62,375 bases of DNA, filler included, from Caldilineae bacterium (GCA_037446815.1; 15 parts of 15 records of this genome joined end to end with filler, not necessarily neighbours in it), one strand, 5' to 3'. Numbered from the whole stretch's first letter, positions 50,443 through 60,825 are shown. Made by a program: numbers and translations. Notes: a model not told the origin generated them from the sequence alone.

Positions 50443-50914
50443 GGTTCCCTCCGTAACCTCATGGTATTCATTGTGAATTCGGCTGTAGTATAGCACAAGA
50501 AGGTTAAAAAGGCGTTAGAGTGGCGAGATTCTTCGCGGCTGCGCCGCTCAGAATGACGGGTGGGTGGCATGGCCGCGCGGGGCTAAAGCCGCCGCGCTGA
50601 GGGGTGGGGCGCACTGGGGGACGCAGTCCGGTTCTGTCACCCTGAGCGGAGCGAAGGGTCTCGGNNNNNNNNNNNNNNNNNNNNNNNNNNNNNNNNNNNN
50701 NNNNNNNNTTAATTAATTAANNNNNNNNNNNNNNNNNNNNNNNNNNNNNNNNNNNNNNNNNNNNTGTATTCACGGATGACACGGATGGCGCGGGATTGCG
50801 CATGTAGGGGCGACCGATCCCCTCTCCCGGCGGGCGAGGGAACTGCGGATGCGCCCACGGACCCCGCCCTCAATCTACGCGGCTAACATAACGAAACATA
50901 CCCCGTATGCGCGC

Positions 50915-50943
50915 TTGACGTTTATACAGGCGGAGAGTATACT
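50915..50943 (+). promoter_or_regulatory. sigma70 promoter of the sugar aminotransferase operon
   Basis: TTGACG-17 bp-TATACT. Confidence 0.7.
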
Positions 50944-50979
50944 ACACACGTTTGACACACTCGCCTGAAGGAGATAGCG

Positions 50980-52155
50980 ATGTCCACACCTGCGGTGCTT
51001 GGAGGTGCCCCTCTATTTGAGTCGCCGGTGCCCTTCATGCGGCCCACTCTGCCCGAATTCTCCGAAGTGGCAGGCGAAATCGGCGAAATCTTCCGGACCG
51101 GCATGGTAACCAAGGGCAAGTACCTGGCTGCCTTTGAGCAGGCCGTGGCCCAGTACGTGGGCGCCAAGCACGCCGTCGGCGTCTCCAGTTGCACCACCGG
51201 CCTGACCCTCGCCTACAAAGCCGCCGACCTCACGGGCGAGGTCGTCGTCCCCAGTTTCACCTTCATGGCGACGGTGCACCCGCTGGTGTGGTGCGGCCTC
51301 ACGCCCGTCTTCGCCGACGCGGACCCGGACACGTGGAACCTGGACCCTGACGCGGCGGTGGCCGCCATCACCCCCGCCACCTCCGCCATCGTCGCCACGC
51401 ACGTGTTCGGCAATCCCGCCGATGTGGAACGCCTGGAAGCGGTGGCGCGGCGGGCCGGCGTGAAACTCCTGTTTGACGCCGCCCACGGGTTCGGCGCGCT
51501 GTACCGCGGCAAGCCGGTGGGCAGCCATGGCGTCGCCGAAGTGTTCAGTTCCAGCCCCACCAAACTGCTGGTAACCGGCGAAGGCGGCGTCGTCGCGACC
51601 AACGACGCCGAAATCGCGCGCCGCGTGGAGGTGGGCAGGGAGTACGGCAACCCGGGCAACTACGACACGGAGTTCCCCGGCCTCAACGCCCGCATGCAGG
51701 AGTTCAGCGCCATCCTGGGTCTGCATTCCCTTCAAATGCTGGATGTCAACGCCCAGCGCCGCAACCATCTCGTGCAAGTTTATCGGCAGGAGTTGCAGGA
51801 TGTCGCCGGTATCTATTTCCAGAAGGTGGATCCGAGAGACCGCTGCTCGTACAAGGACTTCACCATACGGGTGGTGGAGTCGGAGTTTGGCCTTTCGCGC
51901 GATACCCTGGTGAAGGCGTTGCGCGCCGAGGGCGTGGACACGCGCAACTACTACGACCCGCCCGTGCACCTGCACACGGCGTATCGGCATGTGGGGGAGC
52001 GGTATCGGGGGCGGCTGCCGGTAACGGAGCGCCTCGCAAAGCAGTGCGTCAGCCTCCCCATCTACTCGCACATGCAGCCCGACGTGGTGCGGCGCATCTG
52101 TGAGGCCATCCGCCGTATCCAGCGGCACAGTGTTGCCATACGCAAAGCATTGTAG
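50980..52155 (+). CDS. DegT/DnrJ/EryC1/StrS family sugar aminotransferase
   Basis: VSSCTTGL, PSFTFMAT, FDAAHGFG, PTKLLVTGEGG, SLPIY. Confidence 0.92.
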   Translation: MSTPAVLGGAPLFESPVPFMRPTLPEFSEVAGEIGEIFRTGMVTKGKYLAAFEQAVAQYVGAKHAVGVSSCTTGLTLAYKAADLTGEVVVPSFTFMATVHPLVWCGLTPVFADADPDTWNLDPDAAVAAITPATSAIVATHVFGNPADVERLEAVARRAGVKLLFDAAHGFGALYRGKPVGSHGVAEVFSSSPTKLLVTGEGGVVATNDAEIARRVEVGREYGNPGNYDTEFPGLNARMQEFSAILGLHSLQMLDVNAQRRNHLVQVYRQELQDVAGIYFQKVDPRDRCSYKDFTIRVVESEFGLSRDTLVKALRAEGVDTRNYYDPPVHLHTAYRHVGERYRGRLPVTERLAKQCVSLPIYSHMQPDVVRRICEAIRRIQRHSVAIRKAL

Positions 52156-52170
52156 GACGCTTGTAGAGAG

Positions 52171-54045
52171 ATGTGGTTCAGGAATCGGTATCTGATCATC
52201 GCTGACCTGGTACTGCTCTTCTTGGCGCTCGTCCTGAGTTATTTCCTGCGTTTTGACACGTTCACCGCGTGGAGTTACTTCCAACGCTGGTGGCCCGTGG
52301 TGCCTGCGCTCCTCATCGTGTACCCGCTGGTGTTCTACCTGTTCGGGCTGTATCGGCGCATGTGGCAGTACGCGGGCAGCCACGAGGCGCTGGCCATCAT
52401 CGCCGCCGCGGGCGTCGCGTCGGCGGTGCTGGCAATCCTCATCTACGGCGTCATGCGCCCCATGAAGATCATCTCCGGCTTCTCCCGCCCCATGCTCGTC
52501 ATTGACTGGCTGCTGAATGTCCTCCTCCTCGGGGGCGTCCGATTCTCGTCCAAGATCGCGTGGGACATCGCGACCGGCCGCAAGGGCAAGATCGGCCAGG
52601 GACGTGCGCCGCGCCGAATCCTGGTCATCGGCGCGGGCGACGCGGGCGCCATGATCGTCCGCGAGATGCACAATAATCCCGACATCAACATGCTGCCCGT
52701 GGGGTTCGTGGACGACGACGAGCGGAAAATCGGCAACTACATCCACGGCGTCAAGGTGTACGGGTCGCGCAAGGACATCCCCGACCTGGCGCGTCGCCTC
52801 CACGTGGACGAGGCGCTGATTGCCATGCCCACCGCGCCCGGCAAGTCCATCCGCGAGATCGTCAGCATCTGCGAGGGCGCAGGGCTCCGATTCCGCACCC
52901 TGCCCGGACTGTTTGAACTCCTCAACGGCAAGGTGTGGCTAAGCCAAATCCGCGACGTGCAGTTGGAAGACCTGCTCCGCCGCGAACCTGCCAGCGTCAA
53001 CCTGGCGGAGATCGCCGGGTTCATCTCCGGGGCCACGATTCTGGTTACCGGCGCGGGCGGCTCCATCGGCTCCGAACTATGCCGCCAGATCGCGCGCTTC
53101 GGGCCGCGGCGACTGATCCTCCTGGGGCATGGGGAGAATAGCATCTACACGATTGAGCAGGAACTCGCGCGCAAGTTCCCCTCGCTCGCCCGCGATGTGA
53201 TCATCGCCGACATCCGCGATGGCAACAAGATTCACGCGATCTTGCAACGCTATCGCCCGCAAATCGTGTTCCACTCGGCGGCGCACAAGCATGTGCCCCT
53301 GATGGAGCAAAACGTGGACGAGGCCATCACCAACAACGTGCTGGGCACCCGCAACGTGGTGCAAGCCGCCCTGGCCGCCGACGTGCAGCGGTTCGTGCTC
53401 ATCTCCACGGACAAGGCCGTGCGGCCCACCAGCATCATGGGCGCCACCAAGCGCATCGCCGAGATGATCGTGCAAGAGGCCGCAATGCGCAGCGGCCGCG
53501 CCTTCGTGGCCGTGCGCTTCGGCAACGTCCTGGGCAGCCGCGGCAGCGTCGTTCCCCTGTTCAAGGAGCAGATCGCGGCGGGCGGCCCTATTACCATCAC
53601 CCACCCGGAGATGACCCGCTTCTTCATGACCATCCCCGAGGCCGTGCAACTTGTCATACAGGCGGCGTCGCTGGCCACCCCCAGCCAAATCTACGCGCTG
53701 GACATGGGCGAACCGGTGCGCATCGTGGACTTGGCCAAGGACTTGGTGGAACTGTCGGGGCTGAAAGTGGGCCGCGATATTGAAATCGTGTACACGGGAC
53801 TGCGTCCGGGCGAAAAACTCCACGAGGAACTTTTCACCCGCGAGGAGCAGCGCACGGCGACGATGTACGAGAAGATTTTCATCGCGCAATCCACGCCCGT
53901 GGACGGCGAGCGCCTGTACAAGATGATTGACCTCCTCGCGCAACACGCCGCGCAGATGGACGAAGCGGCCATTCGCAGGACATTGCAGGAATTGGTGCCC
54001 GACTTCCAAGAGGCCGAGGTGCCCCTCCTGGAAGGCGGGGCGTAG
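52171..54045 (+). CDS. membrane-bound NDP-sugar 4,6-dehydratase (PglF/CapD/WbpM type)
   Basis: four TMs, IGAGDAG, TGAGGSIGSEL, HSAAHKHVP, ISTDKAV, RFGNVLGSRGSV, GLRPGEKL. Confidence 0.93.
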   Translation: MWFRNRYLIIADLVLLFLALVLSYFLRFDTFTAWSYFQRWWPVVPALLIVYPLVFYLFGLYRRMWQYAGSHEALAIIAAAGVASAVLAILIYGVMRPMKIISGFSRPMLVIDWLLNVLLLGGVRFSSKIAWDIATGRKGKIGQGRAPRRILVIGAGDAGAMIVREMHNNPDINMLPVGFVDDDERKIGNYIHGVKVYGSRKDIPDLARRLHVDEALIAMPTAPGKSIREIVSICEGAGLRFRTLPGLFELLNGKVWLSQIRDVQLEDLLRREPASVNLAEIAGFISGATILVTGAGGSIGSELCRQIARFGPRRLILLGHGENSIYTIEQELARKFPSLARDVIIADIRDGNKIHAILQRYRPQIVFHSAAHKHVPLMEQNVDEAITNNVLGTRNVVQAALAADVQRFVLISTDKAVRPTSIMGATKRIAEMIVQEAAMRSGRAFVAVRFGNVLGSRGSVVPLFKEQIAAGGPITITHPEMTRFFMTIPEAVQLVIQAASLATPSQIYALDMGEPVRIVDLAKDLVELSGLKVGRDIEIVYTGLRPGEKLHEELFTREEQRTATMYEKIFIAQSTPVDGERLYKMIDLLAQHAAQMDEAAIRRTLQELVPDFQEAEVPLLEGGA

Positions 54046-54056
54046 CATCCCCGACC

Positions 54057-54581
54057 GTGGACGTGATTCGCAACTCGCGCGGCGCGCTCCTCGTTCTGGC
54101 CCTCGGCCTGGCGCTGTCCGCCTTCTGCTTCGCCTTCACCCCGCCCTGGCAGATACCCGACGAGCCGCAGCATTACCAGTTGGCGCGCCTGGTGGCCGAA
54201 CTGGGGCGCTGGCCCGCGCTGTCGGACGTGTGGGGCGCGCGGCAACTGGAGCGGGACGTGTACGCCTCGCTGGTGCGGCACCGCTTCTGGGAGATTCGCG
54301 CGCACAAATCCCCGCCGCCCTCGCTGTGGGAAGATACCGCGCCCGATGTGCTCCTCCCGCCCATCGCGGCAGCCCCTGGGTATTACCTGGTGGCCGCGGG
54401 CGTCCTGCGGCTCGTCGGCGGGGCGGCGGTTGACGCCCATCTTGTGGCGCTCCGCGGCCTGTCGCTGGCCTTCGGGCTTGCCGAACTGCTGTGCCTCCTC
54501 GGGCTGACCCGCGCCGCGTTCCCGCGCTCGCCGCACCTGCAGCGGGCTTCCCTTGCCTTCGTCGCGCTCCTGCCCATGCGC
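54057..54581 (+). CDS. DUF2142/GT-C-like membrane protein, 5' fragment
   Basis: TM then PPWQIPDEPQHY, PGYY; truncated by the contig end. Confidence 0.65.
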
Positions 54582-54718
54582 NNNNNNNNNNNNNNNNNNN
54601 NNNNNNNNNNNNNNNNNNNNNNNNNTTAATTAATTAANNNNNNNNNNNNNNNNNNNNNNNNNNNNNNNNNNNNNNNNNNNNTCGGCTCGGCATGGCAGAT
54701 GGGGGGACAACATGCGAC

Positions 54719-54868
54719 GAGTCGGTTCCATCTTGTGTTGGTGAACCGTGCGCGCACTCTCTTCGTGTGTCATTGCGAGCGAAGCGAAGCAATCCCACGC
54801 CCCGGAGATTGCTTCGGGCACTGCGTGCCCTCGCAATGACGGCTACCAACAGACTTTGGAACCGAATC
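54719..54868. mobile_element. complete 150-bp MITE with 23-bp imperfect TIRs and 8-bp target site duplication
   Basis: GAGTCGGTTCCA-N5-TGTTGG ... CCAACA-N5-TGGAACCGAATC, flanked by CATGCGAC at 54711-54718 and 54869-54876. Confidence 0.85.
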
Positions 54869-54903
54869 CATGCGACGCACCTCCGAGGTGCGTCGCACGT
54901 AAC

Positions 54904-56628
54904 CTACTCGCGGCGCTCGGCCTCAACGCGCGCCAGCATCTCCAGCGCGCTCTCGCGGGTTGTGTCGGTAACGCTGCCCAGCATCTGGGCGATCTCGTCC
55001 ACACGCCGCGAATCGCGGATTTCTTCCACGCGGGTTACTGTGCGGCCGGCCACGACCTCCTTGCGGATGGCCAGGTGCCGGTGGGCGTAGGCGGCAATCT
55101 GCGGCAGGTGGGTTACGCACAGCACCTGGTGGCGGGCGGCCAAGGCGCGGAGTTTGCGGCCCACGGCCACGCCGACCCGTCCGCCGATGCCGGTGTCTAT
55201 CTCGTCAAAGATGAGCGTCGGGGTCTGGTCGGCCTCTGAGAGAACCGTCTTCAGCGCCAGGAGCAGCCTTGACGTCTCGCCGCCCGACGCGATGCGCACC
55301 ATGGGCTTCAGCGGCTCGCCCACGTTGGGCGCCACCAGGAACTCCACGCGGTCAACGCCCGTGGCGTCAAAGGCCAGCCGCGCGCCGTTGATCGGCACGC
55401 CGTCGGCGTCTTCGTCCTGGGCCACGTCCACCACAAACCGCGCTTTCTCCATGGCTAGGTCGGCCAGTTCGCGCTCCACCTGAGCCGAGAGGCGTTGCGC
55501 GGCCTCCTGGCGGGCCGCGGAGAGGCGCGCCGCCTTCTCGCCGATGCGCTGTAACAGGCGCTGCTCCTCCTCCAAGAGTTCCGCGATGCGCTCCTCGCTG
55601 TGGGTGATGGTCTCCAACTCGTGGGCTGCGCGCTTGCCGAATTCCAGGACTTCTTCCACGGTGTCGCCGTACTTGCGTTTCAGGTTGAAGTAGAGGTTGA
55701 GACGCTCTTCCACCCGCGCCAGTTTGGTCGGGTTGTACTCTATGCTGTCGCCGTAATCGCGGAGTTCGCGCGCCAGGTCGTCCAACTGGTACTGCACATC
55801 CCGCACGGCCTGGAGCCACGTCTCCCAGCGGGTGTCGTAGCGGCACAGCCCCGTCAGGTCTTGCTCCACCTGGCCCAGGAGGTCGGTGGCCGAGAGTTGC
55901 TCGTCGCCGCCCTCGTACAGGCGGTGATACGCCTCCTCGGCGAGGGATTGCAACTGCTCGGCGTTGGCAAGGCGCGTGCGCTCTTGGAGGAGTTCCTCCT
56001 CCTCGCCCACGCGCAGCGCCGCCGCGTTGATTTCGCTCACCTGGTACTGCAGGAGTTCCACGCGCCGCGCCAGTTCGCGCTCATCCTGTTGGAGCGATTG
56101 GCGTTCGCGGCGCACCCTGCGGAGTTCGTGCACCAGGTCGGCCACTTCGCGCCGCGCGTCCATGAGGCCCGCATAGCGATCCAGGAAGTTGATGTGCTCC
56201 TGAACGCGCAGGAGGCTCAAGTGGTCGCCCTGCCCGTGGATGTCAATCAGGCGCTCGCCCACGGTCTGGAACTGGCGCAGGGTTACGGCGCGGCCGTTGA
56301 CGCGGCAGATGTTGCGCCCCTCGCGCCGCACCTCGCGCGATAGGATGAGGGTCTCGCCCTCGCCCTCCAGGCCGCCCTCGGCGAGGATGGGCGCGATCTC
56401 GGCCTGTGCGGCGGGGCTAAGTGCGAACGTTCCCTCCACCAGCGCGAAATCGGCCTCGGCGCGGACGACCTCGGTATCGGCGCGGCCGCCGAGGAGAAGC
56501 GCCACGGCGTCCACGATGATGGACTTGCCCGCGCCCGTCTCGCCCGTCAGCACGTGCAACCCTTCGCCCAGATGAAGGGTGAGTTCGTCTATGATGGCGA
56601 AATTGCGGATGTGGAGTTCAGCGAGCAC
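54904..56628 (-). CDS. recN: DNA repair protein RecN
   Basis: IRNFAII, LTGETGAGKS, IHGQ, ASGGE, IFDEIDTGIGG, VTHLPQIAA. Confidence 0.97.
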   Translation of the reverse strand: MLAELHIRNFAIIDELTLHLGEGLHVLTGETGAGKSIIVDAVALLLGGRADTEVVRAEADFALVEGTFALSPAAQAEIAPILAEGGLEGEGETLILSREVRREGRNICRVNGRAVTLRQFQTVGERLIDIHGQGDHLSLLRVQEHINFLDRYAGLMDARREVADLVHELRRVRRERQSLQQDERELARRVELLQYQVSEINAAALRVGEEEELLQERTRLANAEQLQSLAEEAYHRLYEGGDEQLSATDLLGQVEQDLTGLCRYDTRWETWLQAVRDVQYQLDDLARELRDYGDSIEYNPTKLARVEERLNLYFNLKRKYGDTVEEVLEFGKRAAHELETITHSEERIAELLEEEQRLLQRIGEKAARLSAARQEAAQRLSAQVERELADLAMEKARFVVDVAQDEDADGVPINGARLAFDATGVDRVEFLVAPNVGEPLKPMVRIASGGETSRLLLALKTVLSEADQTPTLIFDEIDTGIGGRVGVAVGRKLRALAARHQVLCVTHLPQIAAYAHRHLAIRKEVVAGRTVTRVEEIRDSRRVDEIAQMLGSVTDTTRESALEMLARVEAERRE

Positions 56629-56659
56629 TCAGAACCTCCCCGCTCAATACGAGTGCGCG

Positions 56660-57499
56660 TCATCGCAATCGGGCGACCGCCGCGCCGATGCCCAGCACCA
56701 GGTACAGCCCCACCGAGAGCAGCAGGTAGGGCGACAGGAGCACGGACAGGTTTCCCGCCAGCAACGCGCTCACGAGATACGGGAGCACCGCGCCGACGAA
56801 CATGGCCGCGCCCGCGACCGCCCACAGCCGGCGGCCCCTTCGGCGACGCACCGCGCGGAAGATGATTTCGCCCAGAAGCCCGCCCGCGGCAGGCGCGATG
56901 AAGATCATGAAAAACCAGCCGGCGATGGGGGCCAGCAGCGCGACGCCTGCCGAGAATACCAGCGCGATGATGACCGCGACGACGTAGTCAAGCCAAACGG
57001 CGTTGTAGAATACGGCGATCTGCGCGCGGACACAATCGGGACAGCGAAACCCCACCGGCGTCCGCACCGCGCAGCGGGGGCAGATGGGCGTGCCGCAGCG
57101 GTTGCACCGCAGGGTCGTTTCCACGTCGGGGTGCCGCGCGCAGTGCAAGACCTCCTCCGGCTCGTCGGCGACCTGTTCCGCCGCAGGGGCCTTCTCGGGC
57201 GCGGGCGCATACGCATCGGGGATTTGCCCTTCCGCCAACATCTCCGCTTCGTGCCGCCGCACCCACGCCAGCGCCGCCTTCACTTCCTCGTTGGCGGGGT
57301 CTAGCGAGGCGGCGCGCTCCAGATAGCGGCGCTTCTCGCTTGCATTGGGGGCCACGCCGCTCAACTCCAGCCAGACATCCACTCGGTCGGGCGCGATTTC
57401 GGACGCGCGACGGAACAGGGACGCGGCCACCGCATCCTCCCCCGCGCGGTGCGCTGCCCGTCCCTGGCGCAACAGTTCCTCAACCTCGGGTGCGCTCAT
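56660..57499 (-). CDS. TPR-like + B-box-type zinc finger + multi-TM protein
   Basis: helical N-terminus; CARHPDVETTLRCNRCGTPICPRC...GFRCPDC; C-terminal TMs. Confidence 0.75.
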   Translation of the reverse strand: MSAPEVEELLRQGRAAHRAGEDAVAASLFRRASEIAPDRVDVWLELSGVAPNASEKRRYLERAASLDPANEEVKAALAWVRRHEAEMLAEGQIPDAYAPAPEKAPAAEQVADEPEEVLHCARHPDVETTLRCNRCGTPICPRCAVRTPVGFRCPDCVRAQIAVFYNAVWLDYVVAVIIALVFSAGVALLAPIAGWFFMIFIAPAAGGLLGEIIFRAVRRRRGRRLWAVAGAAMFVGAVLPYLVSALLAGNLSVLLSPYLLLSVGLYLVLGIGAAVARLR

Positions 57500-58365
57500 T
57501 CTTCCATCTCTTCGGTGTGGTTGATAGAGAGCCGTCTCATCAGGCTACGATAGAAGTAGGTGCGCTCGCGGGTGCGAACGAAACGGGCCACGTTGGGGCT
57601 TGCCGTTACGCGGACGTTGTCGCCATCCATGACGGCCACCTCAAACTGTCCGTCCACGGTGAGCATGGCGCGATGGTCGGTGGAAACCTCAATGCGTACC
57701 GAGGCGCCCTGCGAGAGGATGATGGCGCGGTCCAGGCTCAGATGCGGGGCGATGGGGATGACCAGGATGTTCTTGAGTTCCGGCGGCAGGATGGGCCCGC
57801 CCACCGCCAGGGCGTAGGCCGTGGAGCCGGTGGGCGTCGCCACGATGATGCCATCGGCGGCGTAGGTGGTCATGTACCCGCCGTCTATGTACGTTGCCAG
57901 CCGCACGATGCGGGCCAGGGCCCCTCGGCTCACGACGACCTCGTTGAGCGCTTCGTAGGCGTTCAGGCGGTTCTGGCCGCGAACCACCTCGGCGTGGAGC
58001 ATCATGCGCTCTTCTATCCAGAAGTTGCCCTCCAAGATGGCGGGAAGCCGCTCGCGCCACACCGACGGCTCAAATTCGGACAGGAAGCCCAGGCGGCCCA
58101 CCTTCATGGCGAGGATGGGCACGCCCGCGCGGGTGGCCATGCGCGCCGCGCGCAGCACCGTGCCGTCGCCCCCTAGCGTGATGAGCAGGTCCAGGGCGCA
58201 CACGCGGCCTTTGACCTCGTCCTCGTCCCATGCCGAGCACAGCCACGGCTCAAGCCCCCGCTCGCGCAGGAAGGCGGCGATCTCCTCGCCCAGCGGGAGC
58301 GACGCGGGCAGTTTGGGGTGGAATAGAATCCCTATGCGGTTGAGCGCAGGCTTGTTTTCGGCCAC
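57496..58365 (-). CDS. nadK: NAD kinase
   Basis: LGGDGT, GRLGFL, ALNE, DGIIVATPTGSTAYALAVGGP, DGQ. Confidence 0.96.
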   Translation of the reverse strand: MAENKPALNRIGILFHPKLPASLPLGEEIAAFLRERGLEPWLCSAWDEDEVKGRVCALDLLITLGGDGTVLRAARMATRAGVPILAMKVGRLGFLSEFEPSVWRERLPAILEGNFWIEERMMLHAEVVRGQNRLNAYEALNEVVVSRGALARIVRLATYIDGGYMTTYAADGIIVATPTGSTAYALAVGGPILPPELKNILVIPIAPHLSLDRAIILSQGASVRIEVSTDHRAMLTVDGQFEVAVMDGDNVRVTASPNVARFVRTRERTYFYRSLMRRLSINHTEEMEE

Positions 58366-58742
58366 GGGCGCAGCCCCTCGGAATGCTCGGACTCTCGGGA
58401 GTCATTATAGCCAAAGGCAGCAGACGCGCAAGGCGGGCGACGGCGACGCACCAACGCCCGTCGGGAGAGGGCTGGGGTGAGGGGCGACGCNNNNNNNNNN
58501 NNNNNNNNNNNNNNNNNNNNNNNNNNNNNNNNNNTTAATTAATTAANNNNNNNNNNNNNNNNNNNNNNNNNNNNNNNNNNNNNNNNNNNNCTGCGCGGCG
58601 GAGGGCGAAGAATCTCGCAACCCGAGACCCTTCGCCACGCTCAGGGCGACAGGATCGGGTTCTCCCATACGCCAGCCCTCAGCGCCCCTTCCATGACGGC
58701 TACCCACAGACGTTGAAAAACCGAAATAAAATTACGCCCAAC

Positions 58743-58770
58743 TTGACAAAAACAAAAGTTGTGTTATAAT
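58743..58770 (+). promoter_or_regulatory. promoter of the DUF2089 operon
   Basis: TTGACA-16 bp-TATAAT with TG extension, AT-rich upstream region. Confidence 0.75.
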
Positions 58771-58810
58771 AATCTTGAAATATCGCGTAATCTCACGGAG
58801 CGAGGAAGTC

Positions 58811-59176
58811 ATGCAACCCGTATTGGGCAAATGCCCTGTCTGCGGCGAAGACCTCGTTGCGACACGCTTGCACTGCCCCAACTGCGACACCAGCATTGAG
58901 GGGCGGTTCGCCCTGGAACGCCTCCACCGCCTCACCCCTGACCAGTTGGCCTTCGTGGAACTGTTCATCCGCTGCGAGGGCAAACTCAACCGCGTGCAGG
59001 ACGAACTGGGCCTGTCCTACCCCACCGTCCGCAACCGCCTCAACGAGGTCATTCGCGCGCTGGGCTATCAGGTGGACGAGCAGGCCATGAGCGTAGAGGA
59101 ACGCCGCTCCATCTTGAACGACCTGGCCCAGGGCAAGATCACGGCAGAAGAAGCCGTGCAACTCCTGAAAGGGTGA
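58811..59176 (+). CDS. DUF2089 family protein (Zn ribbon + HTH + SHOCT-like)
   Basis: CPVCG..CPNC, LSYPTVRNRL, ILNDLAQGKITAEEAVQLL. Confidence 0.9.
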   Translation: MQPVLGKCPVCGEDLVATRLHCPNCDTSIEGRFALERLHRLTPDQLAFVELFIRCEGKLNRVQDELGLSYPTVRNRLNEVIRALGYQVDEQAMSVEERRSILNDLAQGKITAEEAVQLLKG

Positions 59177-59182
59177 GTCGCC

Positions 59183-60211
59183 GTGCTGGCAACGAGCGCC
59201 TCACGCAGAGTCCCGTTCCGCGGCGTCCGCAGGCTGAACCTGGCGCGGGACCTGCGCGATGTGGCAGACCTCATTGAGCAGGCCTTCGGGCAGGAGCCGG
59301 ACCGCGCCGGGCAGTCCGTCGCGTCGGAGTTCCGCGTCCTGGCCTGGTGGGGACCGCTCCTGTGGGCGCTGGACCACATGAGCATGGGCGGCGAGGGGCT
59401 AACCGGCTTTGTGTGGGAAGAAGATGGCCGCGTGGTGGGCAACCTCACGCTGAGCCGTGAGTGGGCGTCGCCCCGCTGCTGGCTCATCAGCAATGTGGTC
59501 GTCGCTCCCGCGTACCGGCGCCAGGGCATCGCACGCCAGTTGATGGAGGCGGCGCTGGATTTTGTCGCTGCGCGGAGGGCGGCCTGGGCGTTCCTCATGG
59601 TGCGCCGCGAGAATCAGGCGGCCATCCGCCTGTACGAAACGATGGGCTTTGCGGAGGTAGGCGGGCGGGTAACGCTTCGGCGGGAGTTTCCGCCCCGCCC
59701 CGTCGCGGAAGCGCCCATGCCCCCTGGCCGCACGGTGCGCGAGGTAACGTTCCGGGACGGGAGGGCGCTTGCCGACCTGGCGCGCGCGGCCACGCCCGAA
59801 ACCTTGCAACGCATCCAGCCCGTGCAGCCCGACGCGTGGTTCTCCGAAGCCGAGGGCGGGGCCGGAGGCTGGCTTCTCAATCTTCTGGGGAGGCGCTCGC
59901 ACCGGCGGGTGCTGGAGGAAGCCGGTCGCCTGCTGGCCTACGCGCGCCTGGACATCGGGCGGCGCAAGCACCACCGGCTGCGGTTCATGGCGCTGCCCCA
60001 CGCGCGGGGACAGGTGGAAGAGCCGCTCCTGTCGCGCATGTTGAACGCGCTTGCGGGCGCTCGTGCGCTGCCGGTGCTGGCCGATGTAGGCGCTGAGGAG
60101 AGGCCCGCCATAGAGATTCTGCGCGCTCGCGGTTTCGCCGAGAGCCGCTGGCTCCTCGTCATGGCACGCCAAGTGGAGCCGCCGGCCGTTCGGCATCTTG
60201 AGGAGGTATGA
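59183..60211 (+). CDS. tandem GNAT N-acetyltransferase
   Basis: VAPAYRRQGIARQL, NQAAIRLYETMGF; second degenerate GNAT ending RARGF. Confidence 0.85.
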   Translation: MLATSASRRVPFRGVRRLNLARDLRDVADLIEQAFGQEPDRAGQSVASEFRVLAWWGPLLWALDHMSMGGEGLTGFVWEEDGRVVGNLTLSREWASPRCWLISNVVVAPAYRRQGIARQLMEAALDFVAARRAAWAFLMVRRENQAAIRLYETMGFAEVGGRVTLRREFPPRPVAEAPMPPGRTVREVTFRDGRALADLARAATPETLQRIQPVQPDAWFSEAEGGAGGWLLNLLGRRSHRRVLEEAGRLLAYARLDIGRRKHHRLRFMALPHARGQVEEPLLSRMLNALAGARALPVLADVGAEERPAIEILRARGFAESRWLLVMARQVEPPAVRHLEEV

Positions 60212-60801
60212 TGGAACCCGAACACAAGGAGATTCTACGCCTGGTGCAGGAGGGCAAGGTTACGGCGGAGGAAGCGGCCCGACTGCTGGACGCGATGGGG
60301 GGCGAGCAGCCCGCCGCCGAGGTGCTGCCGGCCGATGACGCTGTCACGCCGGAATCCGCGCCGCCAGCCGCCGACCGGCCCAGGAAGGTCGGCTCGCCCT
60401 ACTGGATATTCCTGTTCCTGTTCGGCCTGGGGTGGACGCTGGCGGGCGCGGCCCTGACGCTGTGGGCGCTGGGCACGGGCTGGATGCTGCTGACTGTGCC
60501 CTTCCTTCTCGTGGGGCTGGTCATCCTGTCGCTGGGCGCGGCGTCGCGCGACGCCTCGTGGCTCAGCATTCGCATCACCGACGCCGCGGGCCGCCGCAAG
60601 GTCGCCCTGAACTTCCCCCTTCCGCTGCCGGTGCTGGCGTGGGGCGTGCAGATCGCGCGGCCCTTCGTCCCCCAGCTGCGCGACACGGCGGTGGACGAAC
60701 TCATCCTGTCGCTGCAAGAGAGCGGCGTCCCCGGCGAACTTCTCCTGGTGGACGTGATTGACGACGAGAGCGGCGAGCGCGTCCAGGTACGGGTGGCGTA
60801 G
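60208..60801 (+). CDS. SHOCT-like + two-TM protein
   Basis: EILRLVQEGKVTAEEAARLL, two TMs, C-terminal domain resembling the next gene. Confidence 0.75.
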   Translation: MMEPEHKEILRLVQEGKVTAEEAARLLDAMGGEQPAAEVLPADDAVTPESAPPAADRPRKVGSPYWIFLFLFGLGWTLAGAALTLWALGTGWMLLTVPFLLVGLVILSLGAASRDASWLSIRITDAAGRRKVALNFPLPLPVLAWGVQIARPFVPQLRDTAVDELILSLQESGVPGELLLVDVIDDESGERVQVRVA

Positions 60802-60825
60802 TCATATGGTAGTGGAGGCAGGCGC

